Part shown: positions 1-8,505 of the stretch, piece after piece
How the letters are laid out: each line of letters begins with the position of its first letter
How positions within the stretch are numbered: position 1 is the first letter of the stretch
Virus record (IMG/VR): IMGVR_UViG_3300049174_000104
Span: 1-48,186 of that record
DNA: 48,186 bases
DNA from: a virus
Taxonomy: Duplodnaviria; Caudoviricetes
Direction: 5' to 3' (one strand)
Notes under the pieces: generated by a model
Told to the model about the DNA's origin: nothing
Seen by the model: the letters and a program-made list of their open reading frames with translations, nothing else
The model's database searches: none
Position numbers and translations under genes: made by a program

Positions 1-127
1 GGAGTGCGGGCTATGATCTTTGCCGAGCCGAAGAACGAGATGACCGAAGAGAGATTCGCCGAGCTCGTGAAGAACGACGCATGGGTGGCGATCAGAGCCA
101 AGGATTACAAGATCTACTGCGACGGGA
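1..127. repeat. Terminal direct repeat, copy 1 (circular overlap)
   Basis: Bases 1-127 are identical to 48060-48186, and the ORF MIFAEPKNEM continues across the join. Confidence 0.97.
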
Positions 128-300
128 TCATGGCGGCAGCGACGGCGGAGCGAAAGCCAGCGACAATGCATCCGGTTCGCCTATTTCTGGTCGTGTTCTC
201 CGCAATCGCTTTGGTGCCGCTCACGTCCTTCATCATCGGTGCGTCGTGTGGCATGTTCACGATCGCCTATCGGATGATTGTGAGCCTCATCGGCTCATAA
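13..300 (+). CDS. Hypothetical membrane protein, last gene of the rightward block
   Basis: ATG at 13 (=48072) overlaps the stop of 47701..48075; hydrophobic C-terminal segment. Confidence 0.7.
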   Translation: MIFAEPKNEMTEERFAELVKNDAWVAIRAKDYKIYCDGIMAAATAERKPATMHPVRLFLVVFSAIALVPLTSFIIGASCGMFTIAYRMIVSLIGS

Positions 301-1818
301 CCGGCGAGCTGCGAGTGCGAGGGCGCCTGCGCCAAGGCCAGCAAGCGCGAGCAGGGCGAGCCCGCCTCCGCTGCTGCCAGGCTTGCCGCGGAGGCCCACC
401 GGGGCATCAGGCTCGCCGACGTCGTCAGGCTTGCCGCGGTCCCAGGGCGCTCCGCCACGAGCCGCGGTGCGCAGCAGCAGCTTGAACGGGGATTCCGGGA
501 CGATGGTCAGATCGACCTTTCCCTGGATGCCGCCGTCGAGCAGCAGCTTGCGCTGGCGATCGAACAGGCTACGCACGCGCGGGTCCTTCAGCACCGGAGC
601 ATCGTCGGGTACATATGCGATCGAGCTCGAGCCAAACGATCGCATGACGGCGACGCGAGCCTGGTAGAGCTTGAACTTGATGAGGCTGAGCATCGACGGA
701 TCGCGAAAGCTCGCAGGCATCGACGACCACGTGACACCCTCATAGAAAGAAGCCTTGCTCGACGGGTCGCACCAGCTCCACGCGCCCATGATCTGGCTTC
801 GGAACCATGGGTGGCACGTGTCGTCTTTGGTGACGTTCGTGCAGCGCTTCCGCACCCAGTTGGCGTACGCCACGAGCTCCGTGGTGTAGTCGTTCCAACC
901 GGACTCGAGCGCTGCGTAATCGACACGGCCGAGCGTCGGAGCTGCCCGCTGCGCGCTCGCCCAGAGCAATGCCGACGTCGTCGTCATGCTCGGCAGCAAC
1001 TTTCCCTGCGAGTAGATGTCGCTCACGGTGGCCCACTGCGAGCTGCGGACATCGGAGTCCCATTTGTAGCGTTTCGTCGCGCCTGGCTTGTTGTAGGGTG
1101 TCTGCCAATAGCCGGCGATCGTCGTCACCCCCGGCACGCAGCCCCATCCGCCGCTCGGCGATTGCAACCACGGGAGCTGGCCCCAGGCAAAACCGTCATG
1201 CCGGCCGCTCGACGTATAGGCGATGCGCGCCGAATCGAACGAGCCGCCCGGCGGCGACCAGATGTTGGTCCAATCGAGTGCCGATGAGACGCCGAGCAGG
1301 GCCCGCGTGGAGTCCTCGTCGGCGTCGCGATCGTAGAAGAGCGCAGGCTGATCGGGCGCGGCCGCGAGCGACGGAATCGTGTACTTGAACGACTCGGTGA
1401 CCGCAAACCAGATCCCGCGGATGACCGTGAACACGATGCCGACGATCGGGATCCCGGTCAGGTTGCTGGTGATCACATCGATGATCTCATTGATCTCGGT
1501 GCTGAGCGTCGTGCCCACGAACTCGAGCAGCTTGGCCGCCTGCTCGCGCATGAAGTCGGTGAGCGGCTGCAGCAGCGTGCGGATCATGCTCTTGAGCTGT
1601 GCGAGTTCATACTCCGGCCAGCCCGTGGTCATCGAGATCCCGCGAGCGATCTGAGCCGAGATCGCTGAGATGTTCTCGAGCGCGGGCCCAGCCAGCCCGC
1701 TCGCGCGCTGCAGCACAGGCGACAGCCGCCCCCCGATCGTCGATGCGCTCGGCAACGCCGACTCGAACCGTGCGGGCACGAGCGCGATCTCGGGCGCGTC
1801 GAAGGGAAGGATCGGCAT
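295..1818 (-). CDS. Putative virion protein with C-terminal membrane anchor (507 aa)
   Basis: Last gene of the leftward operon; ends GGGLALLALAGLGAGALALAARRL; internal hydrophobic stretch IPIVGIVFTVIRGIWF. Confidence 0.75.
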   Translation of the reverse strand: MPILPFDAPEIALVPARFESALPSASTIGGRLSPVLQRASGLAGPALENISAISAQIARGISMTTGWPEYELAQLKSMIRTLLQPLTDFMREQAAKLLEFVGTTLSTEINEIIDVITSNLTGIPIVGIVFTVIRGIWFAVTESFKYTIPSLAAAPDQPALFYDRDADEDSTRALLGVSSALDWTNIWSPPGGSFDSARIAYTSSGRHDGFAWGQLPWLQSPSGGWGCVPGVTTIAGYWQTPYNKPGATKRYKWDSDVRSSQWATVSDIYSQGKLLPSMTTTSALLWASAQRAAPTLGRVDYAALESGWNDYTTELVAYANWVRKRCTNVTKDDTCHPWFRSQIMGAWSWCDPSSKASFYEGVTWSSMPASFRDPSMLSLIKFKLYQARVAVMRSFGSSSIAYVPDDAPVLKDPRVRSLFDRQRKLLLDGGIQGKVDLTIVPESPFKLLLRTAARGGAPWDRGKPDDVGEPDAPVGLRGKPGSSGGGLALLALAGLGAGALALAARRL

Positions 1819-2207
1819 CAGGGGACCTTGCGCTCGATCGCAGCGATACGGAACTCGTGGTTGTCGACCTTGCGAGCCGTGTCGTTGTCGGCCTTGGTGT
1901 CGTCCTGCAGGTCCTTCCGCAGGCCGGCGACCTCCGCCTTGACTTCGGCATGCTTCGCCGCCTGATCAGCCTTCAGCTCGGCATATTGCGTGCGCACGAG
2001 GTAGCCCAGCACCCCGAGCAATGCCGCCGCTGGCCCACTCGTGAGCACCGTGTCGGTGAACGGATCGCGATCGCGATCGGCCTGCGTGTCGCCGCCGAGC
2101 TGTGCGTACGCGTGAGCGTTGCGCAGGACGACGAGCCACATGCAGAGCACGAAGACCGCGAAGAGCAGCCAGATCCAGCGCGACCACTGACGAAGGATGG
2201 ACATCAT
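1818..2207 (-). CDS. Two-TM protein with coiled-coil tail (possible holin)
   Basis: Start MMSILRQW overlaps the upstream stop (ATGA); two hydrophobic helices followed by a charged coiled coil. Confidence 0.55.
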   Translation of the reverse strand: MMSILRQWSRWIWLLFAVFVLCMWLVVLRNAHAYAQLGGDTQADRDRDPFTDTVLTSGPAAALLGVLGYLVRTQYAELKADQAAKHAEVKAEVAGLRKDLQDDTKADNDTARKVDNHEFRIAAIERKVP

Positions 2208-2428
2208 GCACCTCGAGCTCTCACGACGCGGCCACGCACCGCATGATGCGTGCAGCCGGACGGTTTGCGTTCCCAGTAACCGAACTTGTTCTTGCGATAG
2301 CATCGCTTCACGGCACCCCACGCCTGCCGAGCCGCGCTCTCGTCCGGATAGCCCCGGCTCTTGGCGGACTGGTAGACGTCCTCCCACATGCGCTTGGCCT
2401 TGGGCGGCAGGTTGGATGCGATCGGCAT
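2204..2428 (-). CDS. chaB: ChaB-family small protein
   Basis: NLPPKAKRMWEDVYQSA...DESAARQAWGAVKRCYRK...W matches the ChaB pattern LP..A..(I/W)...AW.AVK..Y.K...W. Confidence 0.8.
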   Translation of the reverse strand: MPIASNLPPKAKRMWEDVYQSAKSRGYPDESAARQAWGAVKRCYRKNKFGYWERKPSGCTHHAVRGRVVRARGA

Positions 2429-2429
2429 G

Positions 2430-3107
2430 TCATCCCAGGAAGTCGTCGACCCAGCGCTCGGCATCCGCAAGGGCATTTGCGGACGACGACCGCAGTCGCC
2501 GTGCTGTCGCGAGTCGCGTGCGCAGCTCGCTGTCTGCATACGCCGTCCACGAAACTGCGCCTCTCGTCGCGAGCAGCTTGATGTAGACGTCGCGATACAG
2601 GTACTTCGAAGGCGCAGCCCCTGTGCCCGGCTTCGATCCGCCTGCTGCCTCGGGCAACGGTGGGACGAGTGAAGAGGAATCGCCGAACAGCAGGCTCAGG
2701 AGCGGCGGCGTCCCAGTGGATCCGACTCGACCAGGCACGGGCATGAGCTGGTCGGCCATGTCGGCCACTTCGCTCACCGTCTTGCCCTTGAGCATGCCGA
2801 CGAGCGTCTGCCATTCGAACCGCGATCCGTCGGGGCGAATGAAGACCGTCTTCACGTCCGCGTTCCATCGGCATTGCGGAAACACGATCGACATGAACTC
2901 GTTGACGGCCATCTGCGCGTTCCCGTTGGGCAGGCGACTCCACTTGAGGCCCCAGTTCTGGATCTTCGGCGTCGCGCGCTGGATTTCATCCGGCGTAATC
3001 GTGCGCGTGTCGATCTCGGGGCACTCAGGCTTGCTTTGCGATGCGCTGTAGATTGCAGCAGCAGCGAGGCCGACGATTGCGAGCGGGATGATGATCGGAA
3101 ACGCCAT
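2430..3107 (-). CDS. N-terminally anchored membrane protein, partial paralogue of 3869..4420
   Basis: N-terminal TM; shared FPxCxW...KTVxEVxD domain. Confidence 0.75.
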   Translation of the reverse strand: MAFPIIIPLAIVGLAAAAIYSASQSKPECPEIDTRTITPDEIQRATPKIQNWGLKWSRLPNGNAQMAVNEFMSIVFPQCRWNADVKTVFIRPDGSRFEWQTLVGMLKGKTVSEVADMADQLMPVPGRVGSTGTPPLLSLLFGDSSSLVPPLPEAAGGSKPGTGAAPSKYLYRDVYIKLLATRGAVSWTAYADSELRTRLATARRLRSSSANALADAERWVDDFLG

Positions 3108-3115
3108 GGTGACTC

Positions 3116-3865
3116 CTATGCGAGCTTTTCGTGCTCTGCCTTCTCGAGGTACTCTTCTCCATGCTCCCAGTGCGTCAGACGATCGCGGCCTAGGTCCGCA
3201 TGGAAGTCGTTGGTGTAAACGCCGAAGCCGAAGCGGTTCTTTTTCGGCGAGTGGACGATGGCGCGGGCAACCGCCATGCGCATGCGCTCGCGCGCCTCGG
3301 TGAGCTTGCGGCCGCCTTGCGCGATCAGCTTCTTCGGCAGCCAGCCATCGATAGCCCAGCCCCAGATATGCTGGCTGTCCGGCGCTCCGCCGACGGCCTT
3401 GTTGTAATCGGCCGGTCGATAACCGGTGTAGCGCATGTCGAGATCGCCGAGCTCGGCTGCATCGACGTCGTTGACGAACACCGCGATCTCGACCAGTCGG
3501 TCCCAGTACTCGAGCGGCGCAACAGCGACGGGCCGCGTCGCATCGTCGTCCTCATCAGGACCATCGACGAGCGGGGCCTTGCTCATTACGAAGAGCTTGA
3601 AGGCGTTGATCCGCTTGAGGTTCACGCCGGCGGTCGCAAGCCGAGCATCGAACGCGGCGAGCAGCGGCGCGACTTCAGGGTCCGTCGCTTCGCCAACAGC
3701 TGCAGGCTTGAGCGGTGTGCCGTGATGGGTCATCGGATTCTCGTGCTCGGGTTCATTGTCCACGTCAGCGTCGTCGGGGTCCACTGCCTTCTTGCGCCGC
3801 GTGGCAACGGCCATCCCGCCAAGCAGCGCGATGGCAAGCAATACCGGGATTGCGCGCGAGCGCAC
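3116..3865 (-). CDS. Membrane-anchored peptidase M15 (D-Ala-D-Ala-type Zn peptidase)
   Basis: GYRPADYNKAVGGAPDSQHIWGWAID...GVYTNDFHAD carries the SxH-x6-D and H-x-D M15A motifs; N-terminal TM followed by RRKK. Confidence 0.88.
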   Translation of the reverse strand: MRSRAIPVLLAIALLGGMAVATRRKKAVDPDDADVDNEPEHENPMTHHGTPLKPAAVGEATDPEVAPLLAAFDARLATAGVNLKRINAFKLFVMSKAPLVDGPDEDDDATRPVAVAPLEYWDRLVEIAVFVNDVDAAELGDLDMRYTGYRPADYNKAVGGAPDSQHIWGWAIDGWLPKKLIAQGGRKLTEARERMRMAVARAIVHSPKKNRFGFGVYTNDFHADLGRDRLTHWEHGEEYLEKAEHEKLA

Positions 3866-3868
3866 GCT

Positions 3869-4420
3869 TCACCCGGCCATCCTACGTCGCATCGCCCCGC
3901 TCACTCGCGACGTGTCGCGCCGGCGGCCGCCAGTGCCCATCGTGCACGCGCTGCAGCCGGTACCGAAGCCCCACAGGATGGGCCACGGCATCGGTTCGCC
4001 AGCCGATACTCCGCCCGTGAGCCCTGCCGACTTTGCAAGGTCCTTCACCTCGCCGACCGTCTTGTCGCCGATCAGCGCTTCGATGTTCGCCCAGCTCAGG
4101 TTCTGGCCCGTCGAGCGCCTGACGAAGATTCGTTGCGCTGGCGGGTTGGTCCAATCGCACGCCGGAAACATCTTCGCGAAGATGGCTTTCAGCGCTTCGA
4201 TGGCCGAGCTGTCCATGCTCGGGTTCACGGCGATCGCAGCCGCAACGATGGCTGACTTCGCCTTCTCTTCATCGACGACGACGAAGATGAAGCATTGAGG
4301 GTCGACCGTGATCGCGGCCGAGGCCTTGCTCTTCGCCGCAGCGCTACGCGTCACGAAGAACGCTCCGAGGCCTGCGGCGCCGACAAGGGTGAGTCCGAGG
4401 ATTGCTGAACTGGTCTTCAT
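3869..4420 (-). CDS. N-terminally anchored membrane protein
   Basis: N-terminal TM; FPACDW...KTVGEVKD; C-terminal FGTG and MGTG motifs and an Arg-rich tail. Confidence 0.75.
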   Translation of the reverse strand: MKTSSAILGLTLVGAAGLGAFFVTRSAAAKSKASAAITVDPQCFIFVVVDEEKAKSAIVAAAIAVNPSMDSSAIEALKAIFAKMFPACDWTNPPAQRIFVRRSTGQNLSWANIEALIGDKTVGEVKDLAKSAGLTGGVSAGEPMPWPILWGFGTGCSACTMGTGGRRRDTSRVSGAMRRRMAG

Positions 4421-4432
4421 GCTTGCGTCCTT

Positions 4433-5374
4433 TCAAATGCCCGAGATCCCGAACCATGGTTGCGCCACTGTGGAGCTGCGCTCGATTGTCTGCTGCGGCC
4501 AGCCCAAGCACAACGATGGGCGCTGGATCGTGCCTGCGCCGTTCATGGCGTTCGACACGGTGCAGTAGAGATCTTCGCCAAGCGCGTTCGATGAGCGCAC
4601 CGAGGCTTGCGTAGTGCTCACCGACACCGCGAGGCCGACCCACACGTCTTCGCCGGGTTCGATGTCAATCGTTGTCGGAATCGTGTACGACTTCAGGCCG
4701 GTCGTGACGATTGACGCCGCGATGTCCACGAAGCCCTTGAACGTCATCACCTGGTTTTGCGAGAGTGTGCCCGGTGCGACGCCCCAGCGTGGCGTTCCTG
4801 TTGCGACCCAGGCTTCGGCGTAGACCACGTTGACCGCCGCAATCGTGACGTTGCAGCGCAGCGTCACCGAGGTGAGGCGCCTCGTAGCCTTGCCCATCCA
4901 CTGCCCGATGCCGCCGCCTGTGCCCGCGCCAAGCGATAGAGCGCCTGCTGCATTCCCCGAATAGAACGTCGGCGACGACGACAGCGAGCCGATGTCTGGG
5001 CCGGTGTAGATCTCGGCGATCTTGCGCGGGCCCGTGTCGGAAAAGCGGAAGCCGAGATTGTTGTGATAGACGAGCGCGGCTCCGGGAGCGAGCGACACGA
5101 ACGGGTGGATCTGCCGAGCTGTGCCGCCGACGGTCTTGCGCACGGCGATGCCCTGCAGCTCGGATCCGTTGTTGTAGATCGACATGCGAATGACCTGCCG
5201 CGCGATGCCGGCCGCGGGAGATGGAATGATCGTCGTCGTCGTTGCAGCTGCAGCAACCGTGCCCTCGGCCGAGCCCGCAGTCGCAGGCAAGTCGACCCAT
5301 TCTGCGCTCCACAACGTGGACGGCTCGCGGTCGGTGACGAAGTCGATGACCTGGTTGGTGCCAGAGAGGATCAT
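4433..5374 (-). CDS. Beta-rich putative spike/adhesin protein, paralogue 3 of 3
   Basis: Shares TTTI.P.PAAG..RQV..I.I.N and EA.VATG.P....LT..GF.D motifs with the two upstream genes; ATGA coupling at 5371-5374. Confidence 0.7.
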   Translation of the reverse strand: MILSGTNQVIDFVTDREPSTLWSAEWVDLPATAGSAEGTVAAAATTTTIIPSPAAGIARQVIRMSIYNNGSELQGIAVRKTVGGTARQIHPFVSLAPGAALVYHNNLGFRFSDTGPRKIAEIYTGPDIGSLSSSPTFYSGNAAGALSLGAGTGGGIGQWMGKATRRLTSVTLRCNVTIAAVNVVYAEAWVATGTPRWGVAPGTLSQNQVMTFKGFVDIAASIVTTGLKSYTIPTTIDIEPGEDVWVGLAVSVSTTQASVRSSNALGEDLYCTVSNAMNGAGTIQRPSLCLGWPQQTIERSSTVAQPWFGISGI

Positions 5375-6345
5375 ATAGTCATCCACCAGTACGGCACTGC
5401 AGCCGCAACGTCGACCGTGAACGCGGTCGGTGTACCAACAATGAGCGACGGCCGTACAGCCGCGTTCGCGGAGTAGCCCGACGCGAGATCATCCGCGAGT
5501 CCGCCGCGCACGGTCAGAGCTCCGGCCGCGTTCGCGCCGATGAGCATCCAGATGTCCGTGCCGCGAGGAATAGAGCCGCTCGCCACGTACACCTCATAAC
5601 GCTTGATTCCGGTGGTCACATCGGCCGTGAAGTCCGTGAATCCTCGCACGGTCAGCGTCGGGTTTGCGGCGAGTGAGGGCGTACCGGTCGCGATCGCAAC
5701 CTCCATGTACGTCGGCGTCGTGACTGCCGTGATCCGCCATGTGCAGAGCGCTCGCGTGATCTCATGGTTGGAGCGACCGAGATAGAGCGCGATGGTCGTG
5801 TTGTTGGTGATCGTGCGCGTGTCCGAGTTCACGCCGTCCATCCACCACGTCGGCGCAAACACGTCCGGCGTAACGCCTGCGCCGAACGGCTCGACGAGCA
5901 TACGGCCTTCGGTGTCGAGCACGTACCAGCCCACGCCGGACTCGTAGATCAAGGAGTTGCCGGGCAATAGCGAAGTCGCCGGCGACACGCGGAAGTTCGA
6001 GCCGCTCACGTCCTTCTGCAGCACGACGTCCTGTACGCGGCCACGGTTGTTGTTGGTGATCGTGATTTCGCGGACCTGTCGCGTCACTCCGGCGGCCGGC
6101 GCGGGCACAATCGTGGTTGTCGTCGGCGTCGCGGCGTTGCCATCTTGACTGCCGCCCGCTTCTGTTTGGATGTCGAAATACGAGGTGGTGAAGTCGGTCG
6201 ATACTGACTGACCGGTCACGAGCTCGAGGATGTCATTGGCACTCGTCAGCAAGATGCCGGACGCATCGACCAGCGAGACGGAGAGCGTACTGCTACCCCC
6301 GCTCGGGGCGACGCCATCGATCAACATTTGCGGATTGCAGCCCAT
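5371..6345 (-). CDS. Beta-rich putative spike/adhesin protein, paralogue 2 of 3
   Basis: ASGILL, LQKDVSG.N, EVAIATG.P.LA.NPTLTVRGFTD and IPRG.DIW are shared with 6347..7333. Confidence 0.75.
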   Translation of the reverse strand: MGCNPQMLIDGVAPSGGSSTLSVSLVDASGILLTSANDILELVTGQSVSTDFTTSYFDIQTEAGGSQDGNAATPTTTTIVPAPAAGVTRQVREITITNNNRGRVQDVVLQKDVSGSNFRVSPATSLLPGNSLIYESGVGWYVLDTEGRMLVEPFGAGVTPDVFAPTWWMDGVNSDTRTITNNTTIALYLGRSNHEITRALCTWRITAVTTPTYMEVAIATGTPSLAANPTLTVRGFTDFTADVTTGIKRYEVYVASGSIPRGTDIWMLIGANAAGALTVRGGLADDLASGYSANAAVRPSLIVGTPTAFTVDVAAAVPYWWMTI

Positions 6346-6346
6346 G

Positions 6347-7333
6347 TTAGTCCGCCACGTTGTAAAGTGGGAGGTTCTCAGTCGTATCGACCGTGAACGC
6401 GGTTGGTGTGTTGAGGATGACCGATGGCCGTGACGCTGCGCGGCACGACTGACCCATCTGCAGCTGGTCGTCGTAGCTGCTGCAGCGGATCTGCGCCTGC
6501 GTGACGGTTGCGTTCTGGCCGACCATCAGCCAAATGTCGCTGCCTCGCGGGATGGCTCCGCTCTGCACCGTGATGACGATGCGCATGATGCCGGTGCCGG
6601 TGATCGATGCCGCGATATCCGTGAACCCTCGCACCGTGAGCGTGGGGTTGCCAGCGAGCACAGGTGCTCCCGTTGCGATTGCGACTTCAGCCCACGTGAC
6701 GCCAGCAGCTCCGGTCGTCACGCGGAAGCACCCAGTGACGCTCGTCAATCGCCTCGTGCAGCGACCAAGGTAAGCAGCGATCGACAGCGGGCTCGTGAAC
6801 GTGCGAGCGGTCGTGATGTTCGCAGTTGCGAAGTAGCCTTGCTTCGCGACGGGTCCGGATTCGGAGATGCCGACGTCGTCAGTGCGTTCGCGGCCCTGCG
6901 CATCCTTGATCGCCCATGGCACCACGCGCTCTTCGAACACGAGCGATTCGCCCGCGCGGATCGTGGACAGGGCCATGATGGGGTAGTTCGTGCCGCTGAC
7001 GTCCTTCTGGAGCGTGACGTTGATCGGCGAGCTCGCGTCGGTGTTGCGCACCGAGATCTGCCGCACCTGCCTCGTACCCGAAGCCGGCGCCGCGACGATC
7101 GTTGTCGTGCCCGCAGCGGCGATGGTCACTGGCGTGCCGCCGCCGAGTCCTGACGGAAGGTCCACAAACGACACCGTCACTTCAATCTGCACGGCGCTCG
7201 AGGTGACGATCTCGAGTGACTCGGTGTTGTCGACGAGCAAGATCCCGGACGCAGCCGCGAGCGTGGACGCGACCGATCCGCCGCCCGATCCAGGGCCGCC
7301 GTCGATGATCGGGCTTTCGGGTGCGCAGCTCAT
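6347..7333 (-). CDS. Beta-rich putative spike/adhesin protein, paralogue 1 of 3
   Basis: Start MSCAPESPIIDGG lies 1 nt after the upstream stop; strong similarity to 5371..6345. Confidence 0.75.
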   Translation of the reverse strand: MSCAPESPIIDGGPGSGGGSVASTLAAASGILLVDNTESLEIVTSSAVQIEVTVSFVDLPSGLGGGTPVTIAAAGTTTIVAAPASGTRQVRQISVRNTDASSPINVTLQKDVSGTNYPIMALSTIRAGESLVFEERVVPWAIKDAQGRERTDDVGISESGPVAKQGYFATANITTARTFTSPLSIAAYLGRCTRRLTSVTGCFRVTTGAAGVTWAEVAIATGAPVLAGNPTLTVRGFTDIAASITGTGIMRIVITVQSGAIPRGSDIWLMVGQNATVTQAQIRCSSYDDQLQMGQSCRAASRPSVILNTPTAFTVDTTENLPLYNVAD

Positions 7334-7334
7334 G

Positions 7335-7805
7335 TCAGGGTGTCGCCGTCCCGAAGAAGCCGCGCAGGCCGAAGACGCGCCAGCGCACCGTGTTGCCCAC
7401 CGCTCCGTTGAAGAGCACGCCGGCTGTGTTGCCAACGATGTCCATCGTGCTCACGCCCCATCCAGCCGGCAACGCGCCCGCGCCCGTCCACGGGTTGACG
7501 CCGACATCGGTCGTTCCACCGGGCCCGATCGCACCGAGCTGCTGTCCGCCCGTGCCGACGCTGTTGCGATTCGCTCCGCCCCACGTGATCACGAAGCCCA
7601 CGCGGTCGCCGTTCGTCTCCACGCCATGGATGTGCACATACCAGGAGACGCCGTCGCCAATCGCAGGGAAGTTCGCGATCTGATAGCGCTGCACCGTCGC
7701 GTCGGTCGTGACGATCTCGCCGGAGTCGAATGGGATCGCGCTGCCGCTTCCGCCCGAGGCTACGACGCCATCGACGATCGGCAGCAATGGTGAGCAGCAC
7801 CCCAC
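7335..7805 (-). CDS. Small beta-rich putative virion protein
   Basis: N-terminus MGCCSPLLPIVDG..SGG resembles those of the next two genes; Gly/Thr/Val-rich. Confidence 0.65.
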   Translation of the reverse strand: MGCCSPLLPIVDGVVASGGSGSAIPFDSGEIVTTDATVQRYQIANFPAIGDGVSWYVHIHGVETNGDRVGFVITWGGANRNSVGTGGQQLGAIGPGGTTDVGVNPWTGAGALPAGWGVSTMDIVGNTAGVLFNGAVGNTVRWRVFGLRGFFGTATP

Positions 7806-7818
7806 ACATCACGCTCCG

Positions 7819-8217
7819 TCAGCAACACCCCGGCTGCCGCCACTCGAACGCATAACCGAGGTTGGCGTTCGTGTTGCCCTTCGTGATTCGCATGGTGAAC
7901 GGCAGCCCGGTGGGCGCGCGCGGGATTGTGACCGCTGGATAGATGAAGAACTGCGCGGCGTCGGTGCCCGTGCGGTTCACGAACTGCACGGTATTTTCGG
8001 GCGCAGCTGCGGGCGCCTCGGCAAAGAACACGGTGACGTCGACAGCTGCGGCCGAACCGTAGGTGAGCTCGATGAGGCACAGGCGCCAATCGAGCGGCGG
8101 GATCAGATCCGTGTTGAGAGCCATCGCCGCGCGCCCGAAGTCGTTCACCAACGAATCCGCGAGCACGCCGTTGACGCCGGTCGTGATCCAACGCGAAGGT
8201 GTCGATGCGCCGCTCAT
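7819..8217 (-). CDS. Small beta-strand-rich protein (possible single jelly-roll vertex protein)
   Basis: 132 aa with alternating hydrophobic strands (WRLCLIELTY, VDVTVFF, FTMRIT, LGYAFEW); the fold is inferred. Confidence 0.55.
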   Translation of the reverse strand: MSGASTPSRWITTGVNGVLADSLVNDFGRAAMALNTDLIPPLDWRLCLIELTYGSAAAVDVTVFFAEAPAAAPENTVQFVNRTGTDAAQFFIYPAVTIPRAPTGLPFTMRITKGNTNANLGYAFEWRQPGCC

Positions 8218-8220
8218 TGA

Positions 8221-8505
8221 TTACACCGGCGGGTTGGCCCGCAGCCATGTTTGGCCGGCCGCGAGTGCGGCCTGCATGTTGTTGTAGGGCCCGTCTGGGC
8301 CATGAACGATGGTCTTGTCGCTCTTCCCGGCGAATACGACGAAGTACCAGAGGCCTCCGCCTTCGGCACCTTGCTGCAAGACTTCCATCTTGCGGGGGTC
8401 GCCGGCGGGCGTTGTGCTACCGCTATCCGTCTTGCTCTTCACGATCGCGAAGCCGATGCCTGCGAGCGCGAGGCCGGCGATGAACACGACTGCTCCGTTC
8501 TTCAT
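8221..8505 (-). CDS. Small N-anchored membrane protein
   Basis: MKNGAVVFIAGLALAGIGFAIVKSK; ATGA coupling to 8502. Confidence 0.7.
   Translation of the reverse strand: MKNGAVVFIAGLALAGIGFAIVKSKTDSGSTTPAGDPRKMEVLQQGAEGGGLWYFVVFAGKSDKTIVHGPDGPYNNMQAALAAGQTWLRANPPV

Noticed and set aside
1-127. Biological direct terminal repeat of a linear phage genome
   Set aside because: 127 is a common assembler k-mer length and the repeat falls mid-gene, so it is most likely an assembly overlap of a circular or permuted molecule.
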